From the NCBI GenBank assembly GCA_051294375.1, contig CM119263.1, positions 31,727,476-31,791,475 on the forward strand: a stretch of 64,000 bases of DNA, given 5' to 3'. The stretch comes from Paraspadella gotoi (lineage: Eukaryota > Animalia > Chaetognatha). The notes under the pieces were generated by a model, which saw only the letters and a list, made by a program, of their open reading frames with translations, made no database searches and had not been told where the DNA came from. This document shows positions 1-12,325 of this stretch, piece after piece; within the stretch, counting starts at the first letter, position 1; the number at the start of each line of letters is the position of its first letter. Both the position numbers and the translations under genes were made by a program.

Positions 1-175
1 TTCTCTTCTGTCTCTCTTTCTGTCTATCTTTTTCTCTATTTCTTTTCTCCATTGGGCTCTTTCTGTATTTTTAGAATTAAAATTTTTAAGTGAAAAAAAA
101 ACAATAAAAGAATAAACTTAGTAGAGAAAAGCAAACTTTTTATAATGTTTTACAACGAATTTATTTGAAATAGAT

Positions 176-217
176 ACGGACATGTTTCGGCTTGTTATTT
201 CAAGCCTTCATCAGCGT
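176..217 (-). ncRNA. Minimal type I hammerhead ribozyme
   Basis: Reverse complement reads ACG-CTGATGA-A-GGCTTG-AAATAA-CAAGCC-GAAA-CATG-TC-CGT: intact core, 6-bp stem II, palindromic stem III loop, 3-bp stem I. Confidence 0.85.
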
Positions 218-482
218 TTGACAATTTGAAATACAATTTTAACATAAGAAGAGTGAGTGAGAGAGAGAGAGAAAGAGAGAGAGTAAAAGTGTTCCAACAA
301 AGTGATGAGACAGGATAGTGGTCAGATTTGAGGACAGGTTGAAGGTGAGGTGGGGTGAGTTGTGAAAAGAAGTGAAACTTGTTAGATAGAGAGAGAACCT
401 AGGCAATGTTAGAAAACTTTTACCCTCTCTCTCTCTTTCTCTCACACTCTTCTTATGCACAAATTTTATTTCAAATTGTCAA

Positions 483-524
483 ACGCTGATGAAGGCTTGA
501 AATAACAAGCCGAAACATGTCCGT
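483..524 (+). ncRNA. Minimal type I hammerhead ribozyme
   Basis: acg ctgatga a ggcttg aaataa caagcc gaaa catg tc cgt; identical to the minus-strand copy at 176-217. Confidence 0.85.
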
Positions 525-773
525 ATCTATTTAAAATAAATTCGTTGTAAAACATAAAACTTTGCTTTTCTCTACTAACAAACAAACAACGAAAAAAGAA
601 AGGATTATTACATCAAGAAAAAACTTTAAAAAAAATAAAAGAAGAGAAAGAAAATGAAAAAATAAAAAAATTGTGTAACTTTTTTGAATTAATCTTGATT
701 TGGGTTTTAAAGTCGCTCAACGATTTTTTGTTCCATTTAAAGGAAAAAATAGAGAAAATTTGTGACGTCAAAC

Positions 774-925
774 TGATGTTAAAATGATGTTAAACTGATG
801 TTAAAAATGATGTTAAAATGATGTTAAAAATGATTTCAAAATGATGTTAAAATGATGTTAAAATGATGTTTAAAATAATGTTAAAATGATGTTAAAATGA
901 TGTTAAAATGTTGTTAAAAATGTTT
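774..925. repeat. Minisatellite, ~11-bp unit aaaatgatgtt
   Basis: Tandem copies visible directly. Confidence 0.9.
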
Positions 926-1949
926 TAAATGACTTCAAAAAATTTATTCTAGAATTCGATTTCTATTATGCTTAAACTTTTTTGATTGATAACTTAAACC
1001 AAATTTCAATTTTAGCTAAAATGTCCTCTTCCCTCTCTTTTCTATTCTCTCTATCCTCTTTCCTCTCTCTTCTCTCTTTTCTATTCCCTCTCTTTCCTCT
1101 CAATCCTTTTTCCTCTCTCTTCTCTCTTTTCTCGTCCCTCTGTATCTTCTCTTTCCTCTTCCTTCTCTTTTCTCTTTTTTCTATCTCCTCTCTATCCTCT
1201 TCCCTCTCTCTTTTCTTTCCTCTTTCCTCTCTCTCTTCTCTCTTTTCTATTCTCTCTTTCTCATCTCAATCCTCTTTTCTCTCTCTCCTCTCTATCTTCT
1301 TCCCTCTCTCTCATCTCTATCCTCTTCCCTCTCTCTCTCGTCTCTATCATATTACCTCTCTCACTTCTCTATTCTCTTCCCTCTCTCTCCTCTCTCTCCA
1401 TTTCCTCTTCTCCATTTATCTCCTCAATTCCTAAACCTGTTTTGTATCGATTCGACTCGAATCTAAATGTTTTGATGTTGAATTGAAAAAAATGATTGGA
1501 TAAAGTATGAAATGATTAAATGTAGTGGAAAATGTTTAAATGAGCAATAAAAATAACATAAAATAGTAAAAAAAGTTTTGATCCATTCTTGAGTAATTGG
1601 CGTTCAAAGCTAAAGGGGACGAACGGACAGGCAGACTGACCGACAAAGTGAATTGTCGAGCCGGGATATGCTGTAATCAGATCCAGCTAATAATTATGTC
1701 AAAAACATTGAGAAATAACATTATAATTAGTTTTACGACCAACCTGGAAAGCCTGTTTCTTGTTTTTAGTCGGATCTGCTTGTCAGCAGATTCCGACTCT
1801 ATAATTAACTTTGTCGGTCCGTCGGTCCCACCCCAAATTCTTGTCGGTATATCATTTTTATCATATCAGAAACTAGAATTATGATAAATTATGCAAAAAA
1901 ATAATGTCTGTCTGTCTGTCTGTCCGTCTGTCCGTCTGTCCGTCTGTCC

Positions 1950-2197
1950 CTATTTTGAATGGGATTTTGGATGCCAAATCCAGAAAAGGAACAATACCTT
2001 CTGGAAGAGGAAAAGAAGGTTCCAGAAGAGGAAGAGGAGGATTCCGGAGGAGGAAACTGGCTTCGTCTACTTGCCCATTATAAATAGCCTCTGTTTCTGC
2101 TTTGATTCACTGTCTGAAAATTGACACTGTCTTCATGTCTATATTCTGAGAATAAAATTCCACTTTGGTTTCATATAGAAATCTCTGTCTACTTACA
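1950..2197 (+). mobile_element. LTR fragment nested in the HINE-like element
   Basis: TATAAATA (~2078), AATAAA (~2151), ends ...TTACA at 2197 and is followed 6 nt later by a tRNA-Leu primer-binding site. The left boundary is approximate. Confidence 0.6.
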
Positions 2198-2203
2198 TAA
2201 ATG

Positions 2204-2250
2204 TGGTGGCAGCGGTGGGATTCGAACCCATGCCTCCGAAGAGACTGGTG
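2204..2250 (-). tRNA. 3' half of mature tRNA-Leu including CCA (extended primer-binding site; not a tRNA gene)
   Basis: Reverse complement CACCAGTCTCTTCGGAGGCATGGGTTCGAATCCCACCGCTGCCACCA matches tRNA-Leu from position 38 through the long variable arm, T arm, acceptor stem and CCA. Confidence 0.85.
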
Positions 2251-2433
2251 AAATGAAATTTCATGTGTGGGTAGGAAAGTATGTAATTAAGCTGGATAAA
2301 ATTCTTTGATGATATCGTAGGAGTGAAAAAGAGTTTAAATTATAAAACCAAAAGACACATTTATTTAAACTTTTAAAAATTTATCTCTCTATATTTCTCT
2401 TGATTGATTAATTGATTGTTGATTGATTGATTT

Positions 2434-2465
<32 letters not shown>

Positions 2466-3883
2466 GTGGTTAATTTGGTTAGATACAAGTTGAAAAAAAT
2501 GATGCAAGTTGAAAAAATGATGCAAGTTGAAAAAAATGATGCCAGTTGAAAAAAATGATGCAAGTTGAAAAAATGATGCAAGTTGAAAACAAAGCAAGTT
2601 GAAAGAATGAAGCAAGTTAAAAAAATGATGCAATGTAAATTTGAAAAATGATGGGAGTTAATAAAATGATGCGAGTTAAAAAAATGATGCAGGTTAAAAA
2701 AATGATTTGTACCTTATTTGTAATTATTTCTACTATAGTATTTATTTATTTATTTATTTATTTTTTATTTAGCTGATTACCACTTAATTATCGTGGGCAG
2801 ATCCGACACTGTTTGCTCAAATTTGTTTTTATCAAATGTTATCATTCTCTAAAATTAAAAGATGTTTGTAATTCTCCCGCCGCGAGGGGAACAATCTCCT
2901 TTAGTTAAGCCCAAACGGTTTCAATAAAATTCTATTTTCAATTTCTTTCTTTTTTTTTATCTTTTTAATTTTCAATATTCAAGACTCGAATTCGAGGCAA
3001 AAACCGTAAAAATTAATTTGACGCCATTTTGAATTTTGAAAAGAAAAAAAAACTGAATTCGAAATAATTTTTTTTGGGGGAAAATACAGCATTTAAGGAA
3101 AAACTCATGGATTTCTATGGTTGAAATCAGGAAGAGATTTTATTCTGAGATTTTATTCTGAGATCGCCCGAGTCTCCGAACGATTTGCTTTTGGTGGCTT
3201 GATACTCCTGCGATGTCAGTGAGGCACAATTTAAAAGAATTGTAAAGTACAGGGAAAATAATTCGATGTTCTGATATGATAATAATTATTTACCAACAAG
3301 ATTTTGAGGTGGAACCGACGGACCGACAAAGTGAATAATAGAGTCGGAATCTGCGATAAGCAGACCCGACTAAAATGAGAGAGACAGAAATTATTGTGAG
3401 AGTTGGTGAACGGAAACTCGTGAACCAGTGAACTGGGGTTTTTTCTGAAAGATGGTGAAGAGGAGGAGAAGGAGAAGGAGGTGGAGAAAGATGGGGAGGA
3501 GGAGAAGGAGGAAGAGGAGGAGGTGAATCGAATCTTGTTCTTTTCTCAAGGAAAATTAACTGGGGAAGAAAAAGGTAAAACGAGATAAAAAGGAAAGAAA
3601 TAAATTAATGAAAGAAGAGGAAGAAAGGAGAAAAAAGTAAGGAAAGGACATAGAGAAATAAACGGATGAAAGGACATAAAGAGAGAAAGGGAGGAAAGGA
3701 CAGAGAGAAAGAAAGGGAGAAATGGACATAGAGGAAGATAAGACAAAAAAAGGGAGGAAAGGAAAGGAAAGAAAATGGAGAACATGAACGGTTGCGGTGT
3801 GGCATACGTGAATCAATCGTCAAATTTATTTTGATTCATTTTCATTCATTTTCATTCACGAAGTCAATTTCACAATGAAAGTG

Positions 3884-3944
<61 letters not shown>

Positions 3945-4250
3945 CACTTTCTCTTTTTCAATTTTGGATCCGTGAAAAAAACCAAGTCTTCACACTCTAC
4001 CGCAACATTTTCGTGATTTTTGTGAATAATTTAGACTCACGACTTCATTTTTTGGTGAATTTTTCACGAATTTATAATGAACTCAGTCGCTATATTTGTC
4101 GAGTTTTACTTTGAAAAGTGTCACTGTGTTTGTCTATCTGTCAATTAAAAAAGTTAAAACTTCTTTTTTTAAACTAATAGCTTATAAAAAACCTCCTTCG
4201 CTTTGTTTCGCTTTGCTACACGATACTGCCTGTTGCCACTCTCTCTCTCT

Positions 4251-4334
<84 letters not shown>

Positions 4335-4705
4335 TTCTCTCGACTGGAAATGTTTTCCGTCTCGCTTTTCTTTTCATCTTTTACTTCATCTCATTTTTCT
4401 GGTTTCTACTTTTTATTATTTTTTTTCGCTTTTTCGTTTTTTTCTTTTTTTTTCTATTTTATTTTTTCCTTATTTTTCTTGGTTTTCCTTTATTTATGAT
4501 TGTATTTCTTTATTTCATTACTTATCGCAAGAATTTTCGTTCTATCTTTTGAAATCTAATTATAATTGATCGTTCGCTTTTTTTAACAAAAATAACTAAA
4601 AATTAAGAACCATTGAAAAACTAGCAATAGTTTTTTTAAAGGGAAGCATTTTAAAGTTAATTTTGATTTAAATATTAAAAATGTAGAAAATTTGTGGATA
4701 AGGTG

Positions 4706-4970
4706 CTAAGTGGGTTGAAGACTACTACCAGTAACTTCTATGTCTCCTCAGCAGCCATGTTACGGGTCCTGGGCTTGGAACCAGGCCTGAGGGTTTTCCT
4801 CGCCCCAAGGCGGTTTACGTTCGTCCTCACTCCTCACGCTTCCCGCTGGGTTGGGATTGGAGCCGGAATCTAGTGGTCATGAGCTGATGGCTTTACACAA
4901 TGAGCAACCGGGTCAGGACTGAAGGTGTCAAGCTTATAGACGGGGTGAACTTAGGCAATGCCCGACTACA
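4706..4970. repeat. Unclassified GC-richer interspersed repeat (SINE- or solo-LTR-like)
   Basis: Related sequence lies inverted at ~45060-45205, and its right end recurs at ~6133-6180. B-box-like ggttccaagcc on the minus strand. Confidence 0.5.
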
Positions 4971-5256
4971 AATATATCATTTAAAAAATTTTGGTGTAAA
5001 AATACAGCAACATTTTGCAGTTAAGAACTGCAACTGTTGAACTGAGCATATGTATTATTGTTTACATTATGTCAGTTTTACTATTGTTATTATTATTCAG
5101 TTAATATTGCTAAGAATTTAGAATGTGTTTTTAATCATTGAAAAAGGATTAACTAACTAAGTTTTTCTACTTTGATATATTTTTTAACAAATAAAAACAT
5201 CAGACTTTTTTTAGTTTAATCAGGGATTAACCTTTTAAATAATCAGCCATGTCAAG

Positions 5257-5303
<47 letters not shown>

Positions 5304-5789
5304 CTCTCTCTCTCTCTCTCTCTCTCTATCTCGCTCGCGCATCTCTATAACAATCCCCGCCAATCCGATTGTTTCTCCCACTCGCTGCCTCCAGAGAGAG
5401 TGAGAGAGTGAGAGAGAGAGAGAAATGCAAAAAAGAAAGAAAGAAATAAATAATGAAAAAGAAAAAAAGATGCATTATTCAGGAGACGAAAAATAAAAGA
5501 CTGAAATTGTGGAAGAAAAAAAAAAATAAAAAAGAAAATTAAAAAGAAAAATAAATAGAAAAGAATAAAATAAATAAATAATAAATAAATAAAATAAATA
5601 AATTATAAAATAAATTGAAAAGAATAAAATAAATATTAAATAATAAATAAATGTAAAAGAATGTGCGACGGAAAATAGTAAAAAGAAACCAAAAAATACT
5701 ATATATATTCTTTGGTTTTCTATTCATTACAAACGAGACGAGATGGATTATAAATTTTCAAAAATAAATGACGTTTGTGGTAGATGACT

Positions 5790-5934
<145 letters not shown>

Positions 5935-6380
5935 AAGAGAGAGAAAGAGAGACGGCGCGCCCATTCAACTAGAAATCTCCCGGAAATTTTGTCTGGTTTT
6001 CTTTTTTTTTCTCGTTTTACTTTCAAGTTTAACATTATCATTATATATATTAAACTTTTTCAATTCGTTTTTAAATTAAGTTTAATTTAATCTATAAAAA
6101 ATTGAAAGACTACTTGATTTATAATATCAGAAAGTGTCAAGATTATAGGCAAGGTGAACTTAGGCAATGTCCGAAAACACAGCTATACAACACAAGGTTG
6201 AAAATTACTCTGTGTCATCGTTTTCAAGTTGAAATAGAAGACGACGGTAAAGACAACGATAACGACGACGACGACGACGACGACGACTAGAAACCATTGA
6301 TCAGTGAGAAGAAAAGTGAATGAATGATTAAAGAAAATTAAACGGAATTAAATTGAGGGAGAGAAGAGAGTGTGTGTGTT

Positions 6381-6419
<39 letters not shown>

Positions 6420-7654
6420 AGAGAGTATCAATTTTTTTCGGGTTTTGCCTTTTAGTCGAAATCATGAATTATCAAAAAAAAAAAAAAAAAAGAAAAAAAC
6501 AGATTTGACGTGAAAGGAAATTTTAAAGGACAAAATCGTGCATAAATTTTTTGCATCAAATCAAATCTTTACAAAATCGTAATAAACCCTCTTTTATTTT
6601 TTTTTCTGTTCTGTGTTCATATTTCCATCTCTTTGCTTAACTTTTTTGGCTCTCTTTCCCTAAAGCTTCCCATTTCTGTATCCGAATCCCCAAATTTGAT
6701 TTTAATCCTAATATTTAAGCTTAAGCTGATACGAACCATGAACCTTAATCCATAATCATAAACCCTAGTGCATAATGCTAATCCTTAACCCAAATCCATA
6801 AACTTGAATAAAAGATATGAATTCCCAGTTTAAAATGAAATGAAGCCCTCTTGAAAAATATGCCTTCTTTCCCCCTTTATCTCATACTTTCTTCTTTTTA
6901 ATGAAAATTCTCTTTATATCTTCTCTTTCTTCTCTCTTCCATAATTTTCCCTTCTCTTCCCCTCTCTCTTCTTATTCTCTTCCCTCCCCTTCTCTCTCTC
7001 CTCCCTCTCTTTTCCTTCCTCCCTCCCTCTCCCTCCGTCCCCTTCTCCTTTCATCTCTCTCTCTTTTCTCCCCCTCTCCATCCATCTCTCTCCCTTCTTT
7101 GCCTCTCCCTCTCCCTTCGTCCCTCCCTTCCTCTCTTCTCCCCCTCTCCTTCCATCTCTTTCCCTTCTCTCCCCCTCCCTCCCTCTCTCTTTTCTCCCTC
7201 CCTCTCCCCCTCTCCCTCTCTCTCCCTCCCTCCCTCTCCGGGCGGATTTTCCTTATTTAAATATTTAAAGTTTGAATTTCCGTCTACATAAACGGTCGTT
7301 GTGGTCGTCGTCGTCGTCGTCGTCGTTGTTGTTAGCTCTGACGCAGTCAACCTTAGCCTCAATAAATATCATTATCGTCGTCATCATTATCATCATTATC
7401 ATTATCTTCAACGTTGTCATCATCATCATCATGATCACTTTATCAATAAATCCAAATTCCTCTCATTTTTATTGGCGTCATTTTTATTTTCAGTGACACA
7501 ATCATGAGTCAAAACCATCACAGACATCGATTCTCTTTGATGCCACATCCACCAGGAAATGCCATCTCCTCTTTTCCACCGTTGCCACTCCCACCCGACG
7601 TCAAGGACTCGAAACGAACGTCAAAACAAAACGAAAACTTTTGAAAATGCAAAT

Positions 7655-7713
<59 letters not shown>

Positions 7714-7734
7714 ATAAAACATAGAGAATTAAAT

Positions 7735-8030
7735 TTTCATCAATTATCATTTATCATTTATCATTTATCAATTATCATTTATCAATTATCATTTATCAAT
7801 TATAAATTATCATTTATCATTTATCATTTATCATTTATCAATTATCATTTATCTATTATCATTTATCATTTATAATTTATCATTTATCTATTATCATTTA
7901 TCAATTATCATTTATCAATTATAAATTATCATTTATCAATTATCATTTATCATTTATCAATTGTCATTTATCTATTATCATTTAACATTTATCATTTATC
8001 TATTATCATTTATCATTTATCATTTATCAA
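7735..8030. repeat. 7-bp tandem repeat (atttatc); mirrored at ~24325-24615
   Basis: Tandem copies visible directly. Confidence 0.9.
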
Positions 8031-8208
8031 TTCACTCGAGTTAATTTTAATTCGCCTCATTTTCACATTTATTCACTTTCATTATCTATTTCACTTCTCT
8101 TCTTTTCTCTTCTAAATATTTCCCTATCTTTTCTTCTCTTTTAAACATTTACCTATCTTTTCTTTTCTTCTAAATATTTACTTATCTTTTCTCTCTCTCT
8201 CTTTCACC

Positions 8209-8269
<61 letters not shown>

Positions 8270-9011
8270 CTCTCTCCATTAATTATCCTCCTCTCTCTCT
8301 CTCTCTCTTTCTTACTCTCTCTCTCTCTCTCCATTAATTATCCTTTCATATGAAAGCAAAATGTCTCTTCTTCCATCAAAACTTTGACTTTCAAACCAAA
8401 AAATTCGACCTCAAACTTTTTTTCTTTTTTTCTTTTTTTCTTTTTTTAATTCGAATTTTTTTCCCTCCATCATTCTTACTGGATTAAAAATACAGGATTA
8501 AGGGTTAGGGTTCAGGATTAGGTTAAGGATTGGGATTAGAATAGGAATTAGGGTTAGGGATTAAACCAATCTGGGAAACCGAACAGAAATGGGGCACTCT
8601 CGGAAAAGAGAGACCAGAAATGGAGCACTCTCGGAGAAGAGAGCCGCACAAATGTCATCATAGATACTCGAACTATTTTCTTTTCCTTCAAAATATTTTT
8701 TGATGCTAAAATTGGAAAAAAATCCCATCGTATCTGATCTTCATTCCTACGTCGCACTTGTCAGACCCAAAATGACAAAAATGACAAAAAATGACAGAAA
8801 TATCAGAAAAGAGAAAAGACACGAAAGAAAAATCGGAAAAAAAGACAAAAGAAAAGAGAAAAAGAAAAGAAAAGAAAAGAAAAGAAAAGAAAAGAATAGA
8901 ATAGAATAGAATAGAATAGAATAGAATAGAATAGAATAGAATAGAATAGAATAGAAAAGAAAAGAAAAGAAAAGAAAAGAAAAGAAAAGAAAAGAAAAAA
9001 TGTGACCAGTT

Positions 9012-9392
9012 AACAATGTTGCGCAGCAGTGACTTTCTTTGTGTGAAGCAACTTCAAATGATCACGAGTCTATATAAGTCAGGAACATACCGTATAATAT
9101 ACAGATTGCATAACAAGCATCTTATGGTTTTTGGTTAACCACTAAAAGATTAACTTAAGTAAACAAGAAAAGCTGCCTTTGCTCTCCGATCTCCGAATAA
9201 GATGACTTTATAAATATATAAAACCTTACTTTCCTTTCTGCAAAGTATTATTTGAAATAACTCAGTATTACATGAATTATACCCCATTGATTGCTTGGAT
9301 ACCCGGACCGACCGACCGAAAATTAATTCATAGAATTGCTCCGCGAATACCATTCAAGTAAGTAGACAGGGATTTCACGGCGCAATAAAAAA
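9012..9392 (-). mobile_element. HINE-like element, family 2
   Basis: ttgcgc/gcgcaac subterminal inverted motifs and a GGTC microsatellite. Similar to 41211-41793 and 44552-44660. Confidence 0.55.
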
Positions 9393-9570
9393 GAGGAAAA
9401 ATAAATAAATAAATATAAAAAGATGAACTCATTTTTTCATCAAGCAAAGACAAGCAGAGGTAAAGCTTGTGAGAAATGCTTGGCGCCAAAGAAATTTATG
9501 ATTTGTCATTGGAGGATTTGGAAAATCACCGACCGCTTGTCATGATTGCAACTCAACCAAAAAAAAAAAT

Positions 9571-9637
9571 TGGGGAGGGCAGGATTCGAACTCGAGAACT
9601 TGATGTTAAAAAGGAATGCGATAGCGCAATCGGCCAA
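9571..9637 (-). repeat. Degenerate tRNA-derived (SINE-head-like) sequence
   Basis: A-box-like tggccgattgcg and B-box gagttcgaatcc at tRNA spacing, with no intact cloverleaf. Confidence 0.5.
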
Positions 9638-10075
9638 AAAAATATTCAAAAAAGATGAAAATTTACTACTACAGTAACATTTAAATGCAAAATAGTTCCA
9701 AATTCGTAGTAAACAAATCAACCCAAGAGAAAAAAACGGGGAAAAAAATGAACAAAAGAGAAATATTTTCCCAGAACGCCCCATTTTATTTTATTTTCCC
9801 AGAACGCTCCATATTTAAGTTAAAGATTACTAAAACCATATTTAGAATATATTTCATATATTTCATTTCATATATTATGGTTAAAATTCTAGGATAATCT
9901 AACAGAAATGGGGAACTCTGGAAAAATAAAACCGAAAAAAGAAAATGAACAAAAGATTCAATTTTTTTTTTCAAATTTTTTTCTTTCGTCGAATCTAATT
10001 AATTCTTCGCCTCAAAGTTTATTTTGGCTATAAATGTATGAACAAGAAATTAGTTTCCCCTTGTCGCCTCTTTAC

Positions 10076-10143
<68 letters not shown>

Positions 10144-10201
10144 TTTTTGTGTCCCTCTTTTTGTTTCATTTTCTCTGTCTGTCTGTCTGTCTGTGTGTCT
10201 G

Positions 10202-10254
<53 letters not shown>

Positions 10255-11059
10255 CTCTTTATCTCTTTGTCTCTATTCCCCAGGTGGGCATAAATAATTT
10301 ATACATCTTGTGTATCTCTCTCTTTTCGTTTTTTTAATTTTTTTTATCTTATTTCTTTTATTTCTCTGCTTATCTCAGTTTCCAGTCAGGCATTTTTGAC
10401 TTTCCTCACATCTCTGTCTCTCTCTTTCTCTCTCTATCTCTCTCTCTCTTTCTCTCTCTCTCCTCCCATCTTTCATTCTCTCCCTTCTGGATCTCTTTGC
10501 GACGCGACAGGAAAACCAAAGATAAAAACATAAAACGCGTGCGCGAGAGAGAGAGAGACCTAGAAATTATACATTTAGTTCGTCCCCCTGCAATTGATAG
10601 AATAACCTAAGAGTTGGGCTCATAAAGTTTGACCAACTCATAAAAAATATTGTACTATCTAGGAAAAAAGTATATGACATTTTTAATAAAGGATATCTAC
10701 TCGAAAACTTATTTAATTTAAAAAAAATCGTATTTAGTTTTCCACCATTTTTGGTATTTAATTATTTGTTTTTATTTTATTTTAAATAGAGTTAGTTATT
10801 TTTTTTGTATTTTTTTAATTTGGCAATGCTTCAGGTCTTGCACCTCTTTCTGGTTCAAAAAAGTGTTATTATAGCTTTCAGAAAAGAGGGAAATATGCGC
10901 AACATTAACATCGGGGCTGAGAACTGAGAAGAATTACGTTAAAGATGTCGAAAAACATTTCACTGTCATACCTTAATTTGCTGTATAAGAGCAATAACCC
11001 AGTCGATGCCAAAAAAGATATGCCAAATATTGAGAATCTTTTACCCACGCTTTGTATAC

Positions 11060-11205
11060 TTTTTAGTCGGCTCTGCAGATTCCGACTCTATAATTAACTT
11101 TGTCGGTCCCACCCAAAATATTGTCGGTAAATCATTATTATCATATCAGAAGACCCGAATTATGATAAATTATGCAAAAAAAATGATGTCCATCCGTCCG
11201 TCCCC
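11060..11205 (+). mobile_element. 5' end of a HINE-like family 1 element
   Basis: tttttagtcggctctgcagattccgactctataattaactttgtcgg...GTCC repeat; near-identical to 1763-1948. Confidence 0.75.
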
Positions 11206-11538
11206 GTCGACGAATTCGTACGAAACCGGGTATGGTGGTAGCGACCATGAGAGACGTAGCAGGATCTCTAATATTATCCCAATCGACCCACTAGTTTACG
11301 ATTTATAGCCATTTTTAGAAAAAACAGAATTTTACTATAAATATTAAGGCCGGCCGGTGTACGTACGTACGTTCATTTATTTTGACGAAACTTTGTGAAC
11401 ATTCAGACAAAACCGAGTCGTAATAGGAAATCAAATTTCGTTCTAATCCAAAGAGTAGTTTATGAGTTACAGCTATTTTTAGTATTTTGGTCAAGTGACC
11501 GCGCGAAAATAGCGGATTTACTCGTCCGCCCGCCCCCC

Positions 11539-11833
11539 ATAACGGGTAGTGGGGAATAAGGGTTCTACACCGTAGAGGGAGCATGGGAAACGGCTACCAC
11601 ATCCAAGGAAGGCAGCATGCACGCAAATTACCCACTCCCGGCACGGGGAGGTAGTGACGATCAATAACGATGCGGGACTCTGACGAGGCTCCGTAATCGG
11701 AATGGGCGTAATTTAAATCCTTCTACGAGGATCAAGTGGAGGGCAAGTCAGGTGCCAGCAGCCGCGGTAATTCCAGCTCCACTAGCGTATATTAAAGTTG
11801 CTGCAGTTAAAAAGCTCGTAGTCGGATCTCGGG
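11539..11833 (+). rRNA. 18S rRNA: 18S rRNA gene fragment (V3 region to start of V4), orphan
   Basis: Universal SSU motifs acggctaccacatccaaggaaggcagca, gtgccagcagccgcggtaattccagctcc and gttaaaaagctcgtagt. May extend as V4-like sequence to ~11915. Confidence 0.95.
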
Positions 11834-11925
11834 ATCGTGTTGGGAGTTCCGTGGCGTGCTCTGCGGCTTACGCCGTTGGGGTGCATTGCGGGGTCTCGGC
11901 CCTGTCGGCGAGGTCCTCTGCAAGA

Positions 11926-12210
11926 GATGAATGGCAAGCCTAGTTCAAGTCTGACAGATACAAGCCTACAGGTGACTCCGTCGCCTAGCTTGGCTACCTC
12001 GCCGAGCGGGAGTAAGGCAAAAAGAGACCCCAGGAATTGACGGTATTGGCCCCCCAGGCCACCTGACCCGTGCGTGGAAGACCAAAAGGAGTCCTCGTAG
12101 ACCCTAGGTTGATGCATATCAAGCAAAAGATCTCGAGATGTTTAACATGGTCCTAAGCGTGGGGAGACGGATAAACCTGGCTAGTTCAAGTTCGCTTGAC
12201 ACGGAAGGCC
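11926..12210 (+). mobile_element. Fragment of a second non-LTR reverse transcriptase (domain 0)
   Basis: The frame from 12006 reads AGVRQKETPGIDGIGPPGHL...*VDAYQAKDLEMFNMVLSVG, matching the K-x-PG-x-DGI...L-x-x-FN-x-x-L-x-x-G domain-0 pattern. Confidence 0.55.
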
Positions 12211-12325
12211 TTGAAAAAATATTTTCACGGTAAAAGTTTTCTTCTTCTTTTGATTGACTGGTGCGGAACTCGAGACTGGGTTCACGCGATTTTTTACAAA
12301 ACATGGCTCCAGTTAGCTATTTCAT

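Larger units (their letters stand above)
118..578. mobile_element. Inverted pair of ~120-bp Penelope-like pseudo-LTR fragments (arms 118-239 and 461-578), each carrying a hammerhead ribozyme
   Basis: The arms are near-perfect reverse complements. Each has a minimal hammerhead core followed by an AATAAA, as in Penelope-like element pLTRs. Confidence 0.75.
1763..2827 (+). mobile_element. DINE-1/HINE-like non-autonomous Helentron-type element (family 1)
   Basis: T-run start, 5' subTIR gtcggatctgc with a nearby partial inverse (gcagattccgac), GTCY microsatellite (~1905-1948), internal ~18-bp minisatellite (~2487-2710), 3' subTIR gcagatccgac and terminal gtttgctcaaatttgtt. Homologous pieces occur at 3312-3375 (-), 11060 and 33211-34057. 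Confidence 0.75.

Noticed and set aside
7494-7643. Possible exon after a strong acceptor (ttttattttcag) encoding MSQNHHRHRFSLMPHPP...
   Set aside because: There is no convincing donor and no recognisable homology.
11970-12125. Candidate HDV-like ribozyme (gct-acctcgccg-agc followed by gggagtaagg) as in R2 5' UTRs
   Set aside because: P1 does not pair properly, L3 is atypical and the region reads better as RT coding sequence.
12005-12195. Apparent second, highly diverged 18S segment (gggagta...aggaattgacgg...ccagg, catgg...ctggctagttc)
   Set aside because: The spacing from the real 18S part is far too short, and the best match, ggaattgacgg, is explained as the codons G-I-D-G of an RT domain-0 motif.
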